A DNA stretch of 64,000 nucleotides from Bispira polyomma (taxonomy: Eukaryota). Where the stretch lies: positions 70,680,001 to 70,744,000 of the forward strand of contig OZ287751.1 of assembly GCA_965649765.1 (NCBI GenBank), written 5' to 3'. Every line of letters starts with the position of its first letter. The first letter of the stretch is position 1. Below the pieces are notes generated by a model, which was given only the letters and a program-made list of their open reading frames with translations, was not told the origin of the DNA and did not search any database. Made by a program: the position numbers and the translations under genes. Positions 11,520-23,161 of the stretch are shown one piece after another.

Positions 11520-13105
11520 TTTTTATCCAATTGTAAAGTTTAATTTAACAGAATTTTGAGACTTTTTGTTTTCAATGCTAGCTTTACATTTTTCTTGGAC
11601 ATGGATAGATTCTCTAACATTTTCCTAGTAATTAACAAAATTTTCTTTTAAAGTCTAATTAGACTGTGTATGAATCTCCATACACTAAGTTATATATTCA
11701 AATTTATTTAAGTTGGTGATTTGAAGAATTTTTAATTCTGTACTTGTAATTTTCCTAAATTTCAAGAAGTTTTGATTAAAGAATTTGTGATTTTTTCAAA
11801 AATTTGAAGAAGTTTTGATTCAAGAAGTTATCATTTTCCTAAATTTAATGTGAATACGTTGTACAATTTAAGATACTAAATCAGTAATTTACAGAGTTAA
11901 GTAAAATCAAACAATACAACTAAAACACATGAATGTTAAATTTGAAATAAAACCAAATATAGTTACTTACATCTTCATATTTTTCAATGATCTTTTCAAG
12001 AACCTCAGGGTGATTGTTGATGGATCAGTCATATCCAATCAGTGTGTAAGTCATGCTTCATGGGTCTCAGAGACCTCAGGAGAATCAGGAGGTACCTTCC
12101 AAAATCGGTTGCAATAACTGCAGAAAATGCTCTGGTTGGTAGCAGACTGGACTACTGCAATTCACTGTATCGCAGCTTGACCAAAAAGGATCTAAAGAAA
12201 TTGCAATGCATCCAGAACTCATTGGCACGTCTGGTCAGTTGTTCTGCTCAGCTTTCAAATGCTTCACCGATTCTGAAGTCACTCCACTGGCTCCCTGTTA
12301 GGTATCGGTGTGTTTTTAAAACAGCTACAATAGTATATAAGTTTCTCGATTCAGGTTTGCCTAAATACTTTGAACCACACTTGAGTTACTACAAGTGCAA
12401 TGTCAACACCAGGAGAGCCACTCCCAAAAATAGATTCCTTCTTGTTCCAAAATATAAGTCCAAAGTACACAGGTCAAAGGTTCACTTTGATAAAAGTTTT
12501 GCAAATGATGCCCCTACCCTATGGAATAGTTTGCCTCAACACATTAGGACAGCTCCGTCCCTGTATTCCTTCCGGCGCAGTTTAAAGACCTATCTGTTCA
12601 ATGATGCATTCCCTCCATAGTCTCTTTCCCATTCTCGGTGGAGGCATTGATGACGACTTCCTTATGTCTATCACCTATGTTTTTCGACTCTGGCTGTGGT
12701 TTTTTTTGCGCTTTAGAATTTGTTACAACGAAAATAAGCACTAAAAAAGTCTGATATATTATTATATTATTATCTTGTCTTAGCCCATTGTTGTATCATA
12801 TCCACATTTGGTTGAGCTCTAAGTTATTGTCTTTCAACAGTAGTAAGATTAGCATAATTCTCTGCCATCTGGAAAGTAAATTGGTTATTATAGACTTTTC
12901 AGATACAAGTGGTCTTTTAGATTATTTTGCAAAACAAAAGTTGTTTATTTTATATAGTTTTAATAACAAAATATACACTTACTTTTGCAGTTTATCTTTG
13001 AAAGTAATCCTTTATTTCATGTATTCCCAAGCTGATACTAATCACAAATCCTTTGAAATGTTGGAAGTAAAATCAGTCATATGTATAATCTTGCTGTGTT
13101 CTAAT
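11520..13105 (-). pseudogene. Decayed intron-containing Polinton accessory gene interrupted by a LINE
   Basis: Minus-strand GTAAGT donors near 12982 and 11970, TTTCCAG acceptor near 12869; the reading frame continues across the LINE once it is removed; contains stops. Confidence 0.35.
11995..12771 (+). mobile_element. 5'-truncated LINE (CR1/L2 group) 3' end inserted in the Polinton
   Basis: ORF 12042-12620 with SRLDYCNSL, LQCIQNSLAR, LHWLPV, APTLWNSLP, LKTYLF; TAT-rich tail; ATCTT duplicated at 11990-11994 and 12772-12776. Confidence 0.92.
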
Positions 13106-13284
13106 ATCAAACACACACACAGTTCACATTATCAACAAACTGGTTAAAAAAAAAGAAAGAAATCACACACTTTCACATATGTGTAATACTATAATTTGTT
13201 TTAAACAAGTCAAATTCCTCTATAGTTCACCAAGAAGTGAAAATAGTGAAGAAGTATTGCCTGGTCTCTATGCCAAAACAAATA

Positions 13285-13500
13285 CATACACACTCACACA
13301 CACACACACACACAACACACACAGCTATATATACATATATGATGTATAGAAGCCCAGGTACTTATTGAAGGTATACAAGCACAGGCATGTTTGCACTACA
13401 CCTTCACACACATCACAACTCCCCATATGGGTTTTGACCTATACCATAATAAAATAACCATTCACCACACACACACACACACATACATACACACATACAC
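13285..13500. repeat. (CA)n-rich microsatellite tracts
   Basis: CA runs at about 13285-13323 and 13467-13500. Confidence 0.85.
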
Positions 13501-14244
13501 AGAGTACCCAGGGAGCTAGGATAGAGCTATACAATCATCCATTAGTGTATATCATGAACCTCAAACCATTATCAGATACAAGGTTAATATCCCCCCTAAA
13601 TACTTAAGCTAAAGAACAAACATACACGCTGGGTTAACTCAATGAACTCTATTTATGGAGAAGTAAAAGAAAATCTGTCTTTATGCGTTTGAATTAATTT
13701 CATTATAAATCAACTTTGATAGCTTGTAAATCCAAAAGAAATAACAAAGATAGTTTCATGATGTAGCCCTTATATTAGTATAATTAACATTTATCTAACA
13801 AAGACTTGATAAAAGTTAGTAGATAAGAAAAAAAAACAATGTTTTATGATTTTCAGATGCAAAGAAACTGGTTATTTCTTTAGCTCTCTTTATTTGATTT
13901 ATGTGTAGCATTAGGTGAGAATGAAGGTAAGAAGAAGAAGAAGAAAAAATGTGCTTATGGTTTTCAGATGTAAAGAAACTTGTTATTTTCTTTAGCTCAG
14001 TTTATTTGATTTATGTCTATCATTTAAGTGAAAATGGTCTTTTCTCTTTTGGTTGGCGTAGTCACATACAAATACACATACCCCTCCTTTACAATTGTAT
14101 GTAATAAATTCTCTTCCGGCCAATATAAATACTAATAACCAAAACCGAGAAAAAAAAAAAACTGAGTTGAGTCAGTCTTCCTTAGAAATTCAGCTGGACA
14201 GAACAGTTAAAAAGTATTGTATATTCAAAACAATTTTTGCAAAT

Positions 14245-15527
14245 ATGTATGTCTCTATGTTTTTTCTGTTGTTGCTAATTGCAAAAGTTTGGAGTAATGA
14301 CTGCTTCAAAGATGACAAATGTTTGTGTTTTGAAAGGCAAATCAATTGCTTGAACATTTTTGGGGAACCTGATGTTAGTATGGTTCATCCAGAGAAGTTG
14401 TTATACTTCTTTATTACTAATTCCTTTGTAACAAAATTGGATTTCCTGGATAAATTCCAGAATTTGGAGTTATTCTCGGGTGACCAGACAGTTAATATTA
14501 ACTGTAGTCTTGTTCATAAAAAACAATCTCAAACGAAAGTTAAACTGGAATTAAGTAGATGTGCAGGTTGGTTTTTACAAAAAGTTCTTCCACAACCGTT
14601 GAAGTTCCTAGAGGAAGCTTCAGTATGGGTATTCCGTTTACTTCACAGTTTTATGAATAGAATATCGGAACTATTCGGATATCCGAAATTCGGTTAACCG
14701 CACATGTTCGGATAACCAAATTTGGGATAACCGAAAAATGTTCGGATAACCGAATTTCGGATAACCGAAAATGTTTGAATAAATGTGTTTCAATAAAAGC
14801 AGGTAAAGATTATGAAGATAACTGTTTGTGTTTAGAAAACCAAAGCACTCTAGAACCGTCAAAAACAACTGAGATGACCACTTCTGTCTTTACTTTGATA
14901 ACAGATAGCTCTACAAAAAGTTCTTCCACACCCGTTGAAGTTCCTAAAGGAAGCTTCAGTATAGGTATTCTGTTTAGTTTATAGTTTTACGAATAGAACA
15001 TTGGAACTGTCCAGTTAACCAAACATTTTATTAGGTTAAGCCCTTTGAAGTTCCTAAAAGAAGCCTTAGTATATGTATTTTTCATAGTTTTGTGAATAGA
15101 ATATCGGTGTTTGAATGTTTGACTGACCCAAAATGTTTTGATGTAAAAATTAATTTTGAAATTTGAAGATTGATGTAAGATTTTGGAGTTCTGTTAAACA
15201 GAAATAATCAAAATGTTCGAATAAACAAAACGTTCAGATAACCGAAAATGTTTGGATAACCAAAAATGTTCAAATTTTTTTAAGATTCAAACTTTTATGG
15301 TAAGAGCTTGGAATGATATTTTACATATAACAGTCAATATATCTCTTTTGACAGATAAATGCGTTATAGCTTTAACAACTGGATTGGCTTTCGTGGTATT
15401 CCTTACTAGTGTTGGAGTTAGTTTGTGTCTCTTCAAATGCTACCACAAAAGACAGCGAAATAGGAGGGAGACATCACCAATTTTCTTGGAAAATATGAGT
15501 TACGGAAGTCATGAAACTGATTTATAG
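14245..15527 (+). CDS. Spliced type I membrane protein B (signal peptide, LRRNT-like cap, Ser/Thr stalk, TM, tail ending ETDL); exons 14245-14566, 14836-14964, 15355-15527
   Basis: MFFLLLLIAKVWS signal, C....C.C.....C cap, LDFLDKFQNLELF LRR-like segment; both introns are GT..AG phase 1 and keep frame; TM IALTTGLAFVVFLTSVGVSLCLF followed by KRQRNRR. Confidence 0.75.
14660..14780. repeat. Short tandem, partly palindromic repeat (TTCGGATAACCGAA-like) in an intron of membrane gene B; further copies near 15210-15270
   Basis: Six or so degenerate units of TTCGGATAACCGAA. Confidence 0.8.
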
Positions 15528-15803
15528 GTGTCTTCATATTTATTTATTTGTTAAATACATTATAAAATGATATTTCTGAGTATAACAAGGATACTCAACT
15601 TGTATATTTAAAAGCTTTTAAACAAACCACTTTTGGTGTAATATTTAAACAGTCTCTTTTATTCTAAATTTTATATTCAAGAAAGTCCATTCTAAAGAAA
15701 CACTTTGATAATAATATTTAAAACAGTCTCTTCTCAATCTTGTGAATTTAACAGTCTCTAAACAAATCAAAACACTTCTCCTGTGGATTGTTCATTTTTT
15801 TTT

Positions 15804-17743
15804 TTACATTTTGTTTAAAAAGTCTATGAGGTTTTGTACAAAAACATCTATTTCATCTTTTTGCACTACAAATCCTTTTCCTGGGAGTGGGTAAATCCCT
15901 CCTTTGAACAACTTCTCAAACCTCCTGAATGATATGTACGAGTGGTTGGTATCTACACAGGCTTTAAGACCGTCATCAGCTATATCAACCCTAAGGTTCA
16001 CACAACGGTCTTGTTTGGCTCTATTCACTGCTTGTACAAGCACATCCAAATTCCTGAGTATAGCCTCACAGTGCTCAGGATACAGCCTTAGTCCACTGTC
16101 TCTGTACTCTGTCCTGATTGTGTATTCACCATCACCTGTGTCTTTTTTCATGGTGAAGTGATCATTGATGATTTCCACAAACGCATAACTGTAACAAAAA
16201 AATATAATAAAATTGATTAGTTGCTAATAAAACACAAAATTTTATATACTTACTTCTTTTCTCCTGTATTAGGTGTAACTATAATTAGAATAAGACCAAA
16301 ATATAAAGATTATTTTCAATTAAAAACTCAATTATAAACTTAAACACTATTAATATAGTTTTATTTCCACGAATTACAAGATTTTATCTTCCTACATGAT
16401 TATGAATATACTCACACAAAAATTTATGAATTACTTATTTCATCATTAAAGAAAATTAGACATAATTAAGATGTTAAATATACTCACTTTGTGGCTGTGT
16501 TGTTGTTTGTTGCTGTTGTTGTTGTTCTACTTGTAGACATCTGTTTCTGTAGAGGTTTATTGACAACACTGCATGCTGGAGGTTGGATGGACTGAGCCAT
16601 TGTGGCTAAAGCTTGATAGCCAGTTACCACATTGGAGGGACCAGATTCGAGAATAATTTTGGGTTTTCGGGGTTTTGAGGGTTGTTTAGACTTTTGGGGA
16701 TTTTGGGGAGCTTTAAGAGGTGTGTAGGGTTCCACGCACTCTAGGTCCGAATCCTCTTTAGCATCTACCTGCTCGCTGGGAACTTCATCACTCATGTCGT
16801 CATTGAACAAGGAACTGTAAAAAAGAAAGATATAAATATTATAAATATGTTAAACTACAGTACTAAGAACCTTTCAAAACAATCTAAACTATGTATCACC
16901 TATTAAAGTTTAGAATTTGTTTTCTAATTAGGCTATAATTCTAACAAAGACAGCTCTTTACTTTTCTAACGTTATAACTTCGAAAAAGTGTTTCCAAATG
17001 CGCTTTTTCCATCTGAATCAAAAACTTAATTTAGTGACAAAGTTATTTTTCTTTAAATTTATGTAAAAATTATTAAATAATATATATTCCTAGAGTTTCC
17101 ACAGCAAGAAGCTCTAAAACTCAAATTTAACTACTTATTTATAATTAGAAATTCTTTCACAGTTTAATTAGTGGGTTTCCAATCAAACTCATGGTGAAAA
17201 TATTGATATGTTGTATTTTATAGTGTTGTTAGTAGTTATATTTACACATATTTCTACTAAATAACAAAATGGGTATAATGTTATTTACCTGTCGGCTTTC
17301 TTTGGCTTCCTAGTCAATAACTCTTTCTCTTCTGTTCCTGCTTTTCTCTTCCTGAATAAATATATACAAATCTTGTTTAGTTTTTAAAATATAATCAGTC
17401 TTGATTGTCTTTTATACATATTAGTTTTTTCCATGAGTCGACAAAATAAATAAAATCTTGAGACTATAAGAACCTTTTATTCAAATTTACTTTTCCAAGA
17501 TTCTTTATAAGAAGTTTGACTTATATTACGAAAACAGAAAAAAACAAACAAAAATCTTAAGTATTTATCAATTTGATTGGTGTAAATAAATTATAATTGT
17601 GTAGTATATAAATATATATATTATAGTTATGTCGCATTTTCATAAAGTTTCAAGTATTAAATTTCTAATTATAATATTACAATAATTAATTTTATTAAAT
17701 AAATTTAAACAAAATAACTTTGTCATACTTACATTGAAGCCAT
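15804..17743 (-). CDS. Four-exon gene: NLS-like basic N-terminus, disordered linker, C-terminal PC4/p15-like ssDNA-binding region; exons 17743-17733, 17351-17289, 16814-16488, 16188-15804
   Basis: Three GT-AG introns (GTAAGT, GTAAAT, GTGAGT donors), all phase 2, give one open frame; C-terminal VDT...YISFRRF......P..GKGFVV...E......NL resembles PC4. Confidence 0.7.
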
Positions 17744-18399
17744 TTCTTTTCACAAAAGTTGTTGTTATCCAAACACAAAATTTATCCAAACTATCTCACA
17801 ATTTGTAATAAATTCCTATTTCAGATGAATATAATTTAAGCTGATCGGTTCTTTCATAAACTACAACTTGTTAACAAACACAGCAACTGGAAATCCAACC
17901 AATGAAATAATTCACTCAGAATTAAGAACCCTACCAACCAATAAAATAAAATGTTTATTCTGTAGTGTGCTTCTACACCAATTTGTATAATTATGTGTTA
18001 AGTGTTTAATGTGTTTGTATTTGTACAAAAAAAAATCTAATCTCTTTAAAGTGTGTGTTTTCTAACATCTAAGATTTCTAAGTGTAGTTTTACTTAGAAA
18101 ACCAAACTTAAAAGTTAGTTATTAATAAAGATTTAAAGGGTAGTTAGTTCTTTTTGCATTGTTAAAGAACATCAAATAAATATGTGCATAAACATACTAT
18201 GTAAAAGTTCTTTTAGTGTTTTAAGAGATCTTAACATATAATCCTGTAATATAAAGGAATTTTAACTGATCTTTGATTTTCAATCTATTTTGAGATCTTT
18301 TCCAGGTCATGAGTATTTCAACTAAATAAACAGACCATTTATCAATCAACTTAAAACAGTATATTGTATCTTTTACCCAGTAGAGCGGGTTGTATTTGC

Positions 18400-18910
18400 T
18401 TTTGCTTTAACTTTAAAAAGATTTAGCTTTAACTTTAAAAGGATTCCCATACACAAGACTGGGTCTAAGGTGTTTCAATCCTTTATTATACCCTTAAAAG
18501 ATCTAAAAGGGAGGGGTCAAAGGATTGTAACCAATTCACCCTGCAGGGGTTATTCAAAAGGATTGTAACCAATACACCCTTGATGGTGATTTACCTTTAA
18601 AGTTGCATTCCTCAGAATTATAAGATCAGACAAGGCTACTTACCTGGTGTTATTTGGTACATGATTCTGCTGTAACCTTTTGTAAGATCAGACAAGGCCG
18701 CTTAGGGTCTGGTGTTTATTTTAGAGTGAACAGAAGTGTGCCGGCACACGATTCTACTCATGGGGGTGGTTTATTAGATCTTCAGGGGGGGCTCATCACG
18801 ATTCTACTCATTGGGGTGGTCTATAAGATCCTCCGGGGGGCTTATCATGATCATGGGGGTGGCACATACTCCTCCGGGGGGTTCGTCGAATCCTTCAATA
18901 CGCTACTACT
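18400..18910. repeat. Probable right terminal inverted repeat region of the Polinton with internal direct repeats
   Basis: Paired repeats AAAGGATTGTAACCAAT.CACCCT, TAAGATCAGACAAGGC and CACGATTCTACTCAT.GGGGTGGT, ending in CTACTACT; inner boundary approximate. Confidence 0.7.
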
Positions 18911-20060
18911 CATACATGTAGCTCGGTCTATTTAAAAAGATTTTATGATCAACTGTGTCGAAGGTTGCTGAGAGATCATGAAGTGTTAATAGAACAACCT
19001 TCTTGTTATCCAGTTCAAACAGAATATCATTTACAACCTTCAATACTGCTGTTTCAGTGGAGTGACAGGGTCTGTATCTAGATTAATAAGGTTCATTTAG
19101 GCTATTTGAATCTTTCTATTACGGAATACAACCTTTTCTACGAGCTTTGAGAGAAAAGGTAGGTTTGAAATTAGATGAAAGTTTTTGAACACAGGATCAG
19201 CCCCTTGTTTATTGAGAATTGGTGTGACAATAGCTTGTTGGAAAAACAAGGCGTTTTTCCAGTTTGCAGAGACATATTTATAATGTTGGCTATGCAGGGT
19301 AAAAGATCAGACAAGCAATGCTTCAAAAGACAAGTAGGAATAGGATCCAAAGAGCAGGATTTGGATGGGGCTCTGGTAATGAGTTCAGCTACCTCATTCT
19401 GAGACAATGTCCGGAACTGTGTAAACTGAGCTGTAAATGCTCCAATAGAGTCCCCTCCCTTCGTTTGTCTACAGTCCAAAAAATTCTTTCTAATGTTATT
19501 AATCTTTTTAACAAAGAAACCACTAGAGCTATTCACCACATCCTGTCTGTAACTGTTCAGTGGCAAGAGTTGAGGAGCCTTAAAGTGAGTAAGTTGGGCA
19601 TCTGTCTTGAAAAGGGCCCAATGGTTGCCTTTGTGAGAGTCTATGTAGGTGCTGAAATACTCTGATTTGGCAGATCTTATGAGGGCTTTAACCCAGTTTG
19701 GCTGAGCCTTAAATGAATATCTGTCTGTTTTTTAGACTTCCTCCATGCCCTTTTAAGTTTTCTGAGATTTCACTTTTCAATCTTTATTTGGTCACATTTC
19801 CATTGTTGTTTTGGCTTACTTCTTATAAAGCAGTCAATAAGAGGTGCATAAATATCCAAAATGTTAGATAAACACTGATTGTATTGATCAACAAGTAAAT
19901 CCAGATCATTGGTAGATTTAGTAATAACTTCAGATGCCTGTATGTCCTGTCTAAAAAGGCCAATGTCTATGCTGTTAATTTTTCTGTAAGATACTCTTTT
20001 CTTTTCAGGAATAGGTTTAGGTAGATGAATATCAAAGATAAGTGACACATGATCTGCGAG
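18911..20060 (-). mobile_element. Decayed LINE (CR1/L2 group) ORF2 fragment, cut at the Polinton terminus
   Basis: KSCSLDPIPT.LLK, ISNLPFLSKLVEK, HSTETAVLKV.ND and DLSATFDTVDH motifs on the minus strand. Confidence 0.9.
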
Positions 20061-20062
20061 GT

Positions 20063-20770
20063 CTAAGGAATTATTGCTAGTCGTTTGCCTTTTCCACTTG
20101 GAATATGGTATCGGCACATATCTGCATATAAGATCTTCCTTGGAGCACTTGAGACACAACTCCAATATGCTCATATTTAAAGTAACACAGAAGAGTCAGG
20201 TAACACATTAAGCTATGCTAAATATAGAGTTTATAAACATCATCAAACAACAGGAGATTGAAAAAGATGTCACACAAGGTAGCCATTAGTAGTTTGGGAC
20301 CACAACACTGGACAGATGAAGAATGTGGACAGTGTGTACTGGGAAGTTTACTGTTATGTCCTCTGTTAATTGTGCAGTAAAAGTCCTATACCTATTTGAT
20401 GGACGGAGTATTTGACTGTATGTAAAGAATAAGTGTGGTTGTGTACTTGAGGACCTTCAATAAAATTGTTAATTACCAGTTTAGTTCCTGAAATTTGGAA
20501 TACTAGTACTATTACCATTTAAAGAAGCAGATTGTAGAAAATATTTATTTTGTAAGCAATGTAATCTAAAACATTTAGTTGAGTTGGAAGTTTAACACTT
20601 GAACTCAATATTTACACTACAATTGAAGATGTCAGTTCAATATTCTACTTAAACTCAATTTTTAGATATCACTTAAATTTACAAGTTGAAGCTACAATAA
20701 ATTAAAGTTCACCATAACTGTAAAGATGTCAAGAAAGGGAACTACTACGCTAGATCATGACCAAATCTAT
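20063..20770. repeat. Dispersed non-coding repeat; inverted copy at about 41500-42200
   Basis: Long reverse-complement similarity, e.g. TGTGGTTGTGTACTTGAGGACCTT vs AAGGTCCTCAAGTACACAACCACA. Confidence 0.85.
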
Positions 20771-20878
20771 GTTTTTCCCCAACGAAGTCAAAGTCAGACG
20801 GTAATATGCACTACCTTTACTATTAGGCTAAACATCTACTATCTGAATACTTATGTACAATCCCTAACTATACTAGAA

Positions 20879-20879
<1 letters not shown>

Positions 20880-20915
<36 letters not shown>
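20880..20915. repeat. (TA)n microsatellite
   Basis: Pure TA run. Confidence 0.95.
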
Positions 20916-20918
<3 letters not shown>

Positions 20919-22176
20919 ATATAGAAAATACATTTCTCCTTCCAGCTTTACTAATATTGCAGTGTCTACTTAGTTTTTTTTTTTGTTGGGTAACATGTTA
21001 CCTATTACACAACAAAGGTCCCTTTTATGGACACTAATAAGTCACATGCTTTATAGTGTAGCCAATCTGGTGCTTGGATTTGCTGAAATATAAAAATCCT
21101 GAAAAGGTTTTTTCAGCATCAGCAAACTTTATTTTTCAGAGTGCCATCTCCAAACTCTCGGCTACATTTTTTGTACACCTATAAGATTTTATGGTCACTA
21201 TAACCAGATGTATTGCAGTGGGATATAATATAGCCTTTGTGTTCAAACTGCCCTGGAGACGCTGAAAGTATTCTTATTGAATAGGAGTAAATTCTTAAGG
21301 TTAATAAATAAATAAAAATGAAAGAGTTGTTGTTTTTTGTTCCTTTTTCCCTAACACCCAATACTAATAACTTTAAAAACAAATACACATATTTTCCGCC
21401 AGATAATCAAGAGTAATTACATTGTCATTTCCATTTGCTTAGGTAGTCTCATATATTTTTGTAATATATTTCATACATACCTCTCCCTAATTAATAATTT
21501 TAGAACACAGTATTTGAAGTGAGATAATCCTTGTGTTTAATCGATTGACTGAGGATAACATTTGTCACTGTAACTGTTATATACAAGTATGAAGATTATC
21601 AATAATTTACATCACTGCCTCTTGTGATGAGTGTGAATTTTTAATAAGACAAGAAAAAGATCCCAATTGGGAAATATTAAAATTTTATTCTATGTTAGCT
21701 TTCTACTTCTATGTACATACTGAGAATAGGGCCACCTTAAATTGAAGACAAGTCACTTAAGGTGACCTCAACTTGAGGTGAATGTTACTTTTAGCAGAGG
21801 TAAGTTTATGGTGACCTTAACCTAAGGTGAACTTAACTTTTAAGATTGGTCATTTGAGTTGACCTTAAATTAAGTTATGTCAAGGTTGTGGTCATTTGTG
21901 TTGACCTTAAGTTTAGCTTCGTACATTACGTAAACCTTTGGGGTCACTTGTAGTGGCCTTAGTGCAAGTAAACTCTGCCAAAGTTATAAACTTTTCAAGT
22001 TAAGTTAAATACAAGTACATGTAAAAGTTATATTTAAGTATACAATGTTTACGTAAAAGAGATAAAATAAATGCAATATAAATATAAGGTGGCCCTAAAT
22101 ATAGACATGTAAAATTTTAGTATAAAATATATGATGGTTTTGTATTATAAGTGAGAAAAAGAGACCTCAAGCCCAA

Positions 22177-23154
22177 CTAGTAGGTAGTAGTGTTTTCAAG
22201 AGCAGCTTTGAAGGCCAGCGCCACCTGGGGAGAGGTATTATGGTCTTGGTTGATATATTTCCACACACAGTCCGACGTCCAGGTGCCATGGGCTTGGATA
22301 TCCTGTAACGGGACCTTTTGGTTGAATGCATATGTGGCACCTGAGCGTCGGAAGGTGTGGAAGGTTATATTTTCTGCCTGGCAGTGTACCCGTGTGAGTA
22401 TGGTTTGCAGATTTCTTCTGACGCTTGTGTCTGTAAGTGGGGTCCAGAGTGCATTGTGTTTAAATTGGACTAATGGTGAGTTGCTGGATCCAGGTGTTCC
22501 TAACTGTTGTGACTGGGCAGAGGGAGGAAAATGGTAGTAATGGTAATTTGATGATTCTGATTGTATTTTTTGACTGGAGTGTTTTCGACCATTTAACAAT
22601 GATGTGCATGCCAGGAGGTGCAAATAGGATGTCACCTCTGGAAAGCTGCTGAAGGGGTGTGTAGCCGGCTACACTATGTGGAACCAGATTGGATATCCTA
22701 AGGAATAAAAAGAAAGCGACCAGGTAAAGAGCCTTGAATACTTGGCCCATGTACATTGTGTCAGCAGTATTAATTATTTGTGTGAGAAGTGGTATGTCTA
22801 TGATGTTTTTTAGCTTGGCCCTAAAAGGCTTGTTAAGGGCAATTGCTTTTTGATAATACTTTAGTCGTGGGCCACTGAAGCAAGAGGTATTGAGCCCAAA
22901 CCGAGCAATTTTTGCTCTAATGGCAGAAAGGTAATTTGCAATGGATGAACTAGAGACATTGCTTGTAACTAATACTTCTTAAAAGGAGAGGATAACTAAT
23001 GGAGTAATTGCTGTGAGGCTGATGTTTGTGAAACAGGTAAAGGCCAGGAAAACCCTGAACATATTGGTATACGCCTTTTGTGTGAAGGGTCTAAAGGCTT
23101 GGTGTGTCCTGGAGGCTGCCTTGGCAGCCATGGATGCCAGTTGAGGAGGTAAAC
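22177..23154 (-). pseudogene. Tyrosine recombinase, copy 1 (frameshifted)
   Basis: FLRISNL, KWSKT, FHTFRRSGAT, HGTWTSDCVWKY. Confidence 0.92.
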
Positions 23155-23161
23155 CTACAAT

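Larger units (their letters stand above)
1..18910. mobile_element. Polinton/Maverick (adintovirus-like) endogenous element, left end outside window, partly decayed
   Basis: Ordered set of ATPase tail, rve integrase, minor capsid, major capsid, adenain protease and pPolB; right end CTACTACT at 18903-18910 matches the AGT-repeat terminus typical of Polintons. Confidence 0.95.

Noticed and set aside
14660-14780. CRISPR-like palindromic repeats
   Set aside because: Units are short and degenerate with no unique constant-length spacers, there are no cas genes, and the context is a eukaryotic intron
10000-18400. A DarT/pierisin-like ADP-ribosyltransferase partner for the NADAR domain
   Set aside because: No recognisable ART motifs in the accessory ORFs; a partner could lie outside the window or in the host
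1-18910. Bacterial prophage or tectivirus contamination
   Set aside because: rve integrase, adenain protease, spliceosomal introns and a nested LINE indicate an integrated eukaryotic Polinton
18654-18935. 93-aa ORF at the Polinton end
   Set aside because: Crosses the element terminus and is built from GC-rich terminal repeats
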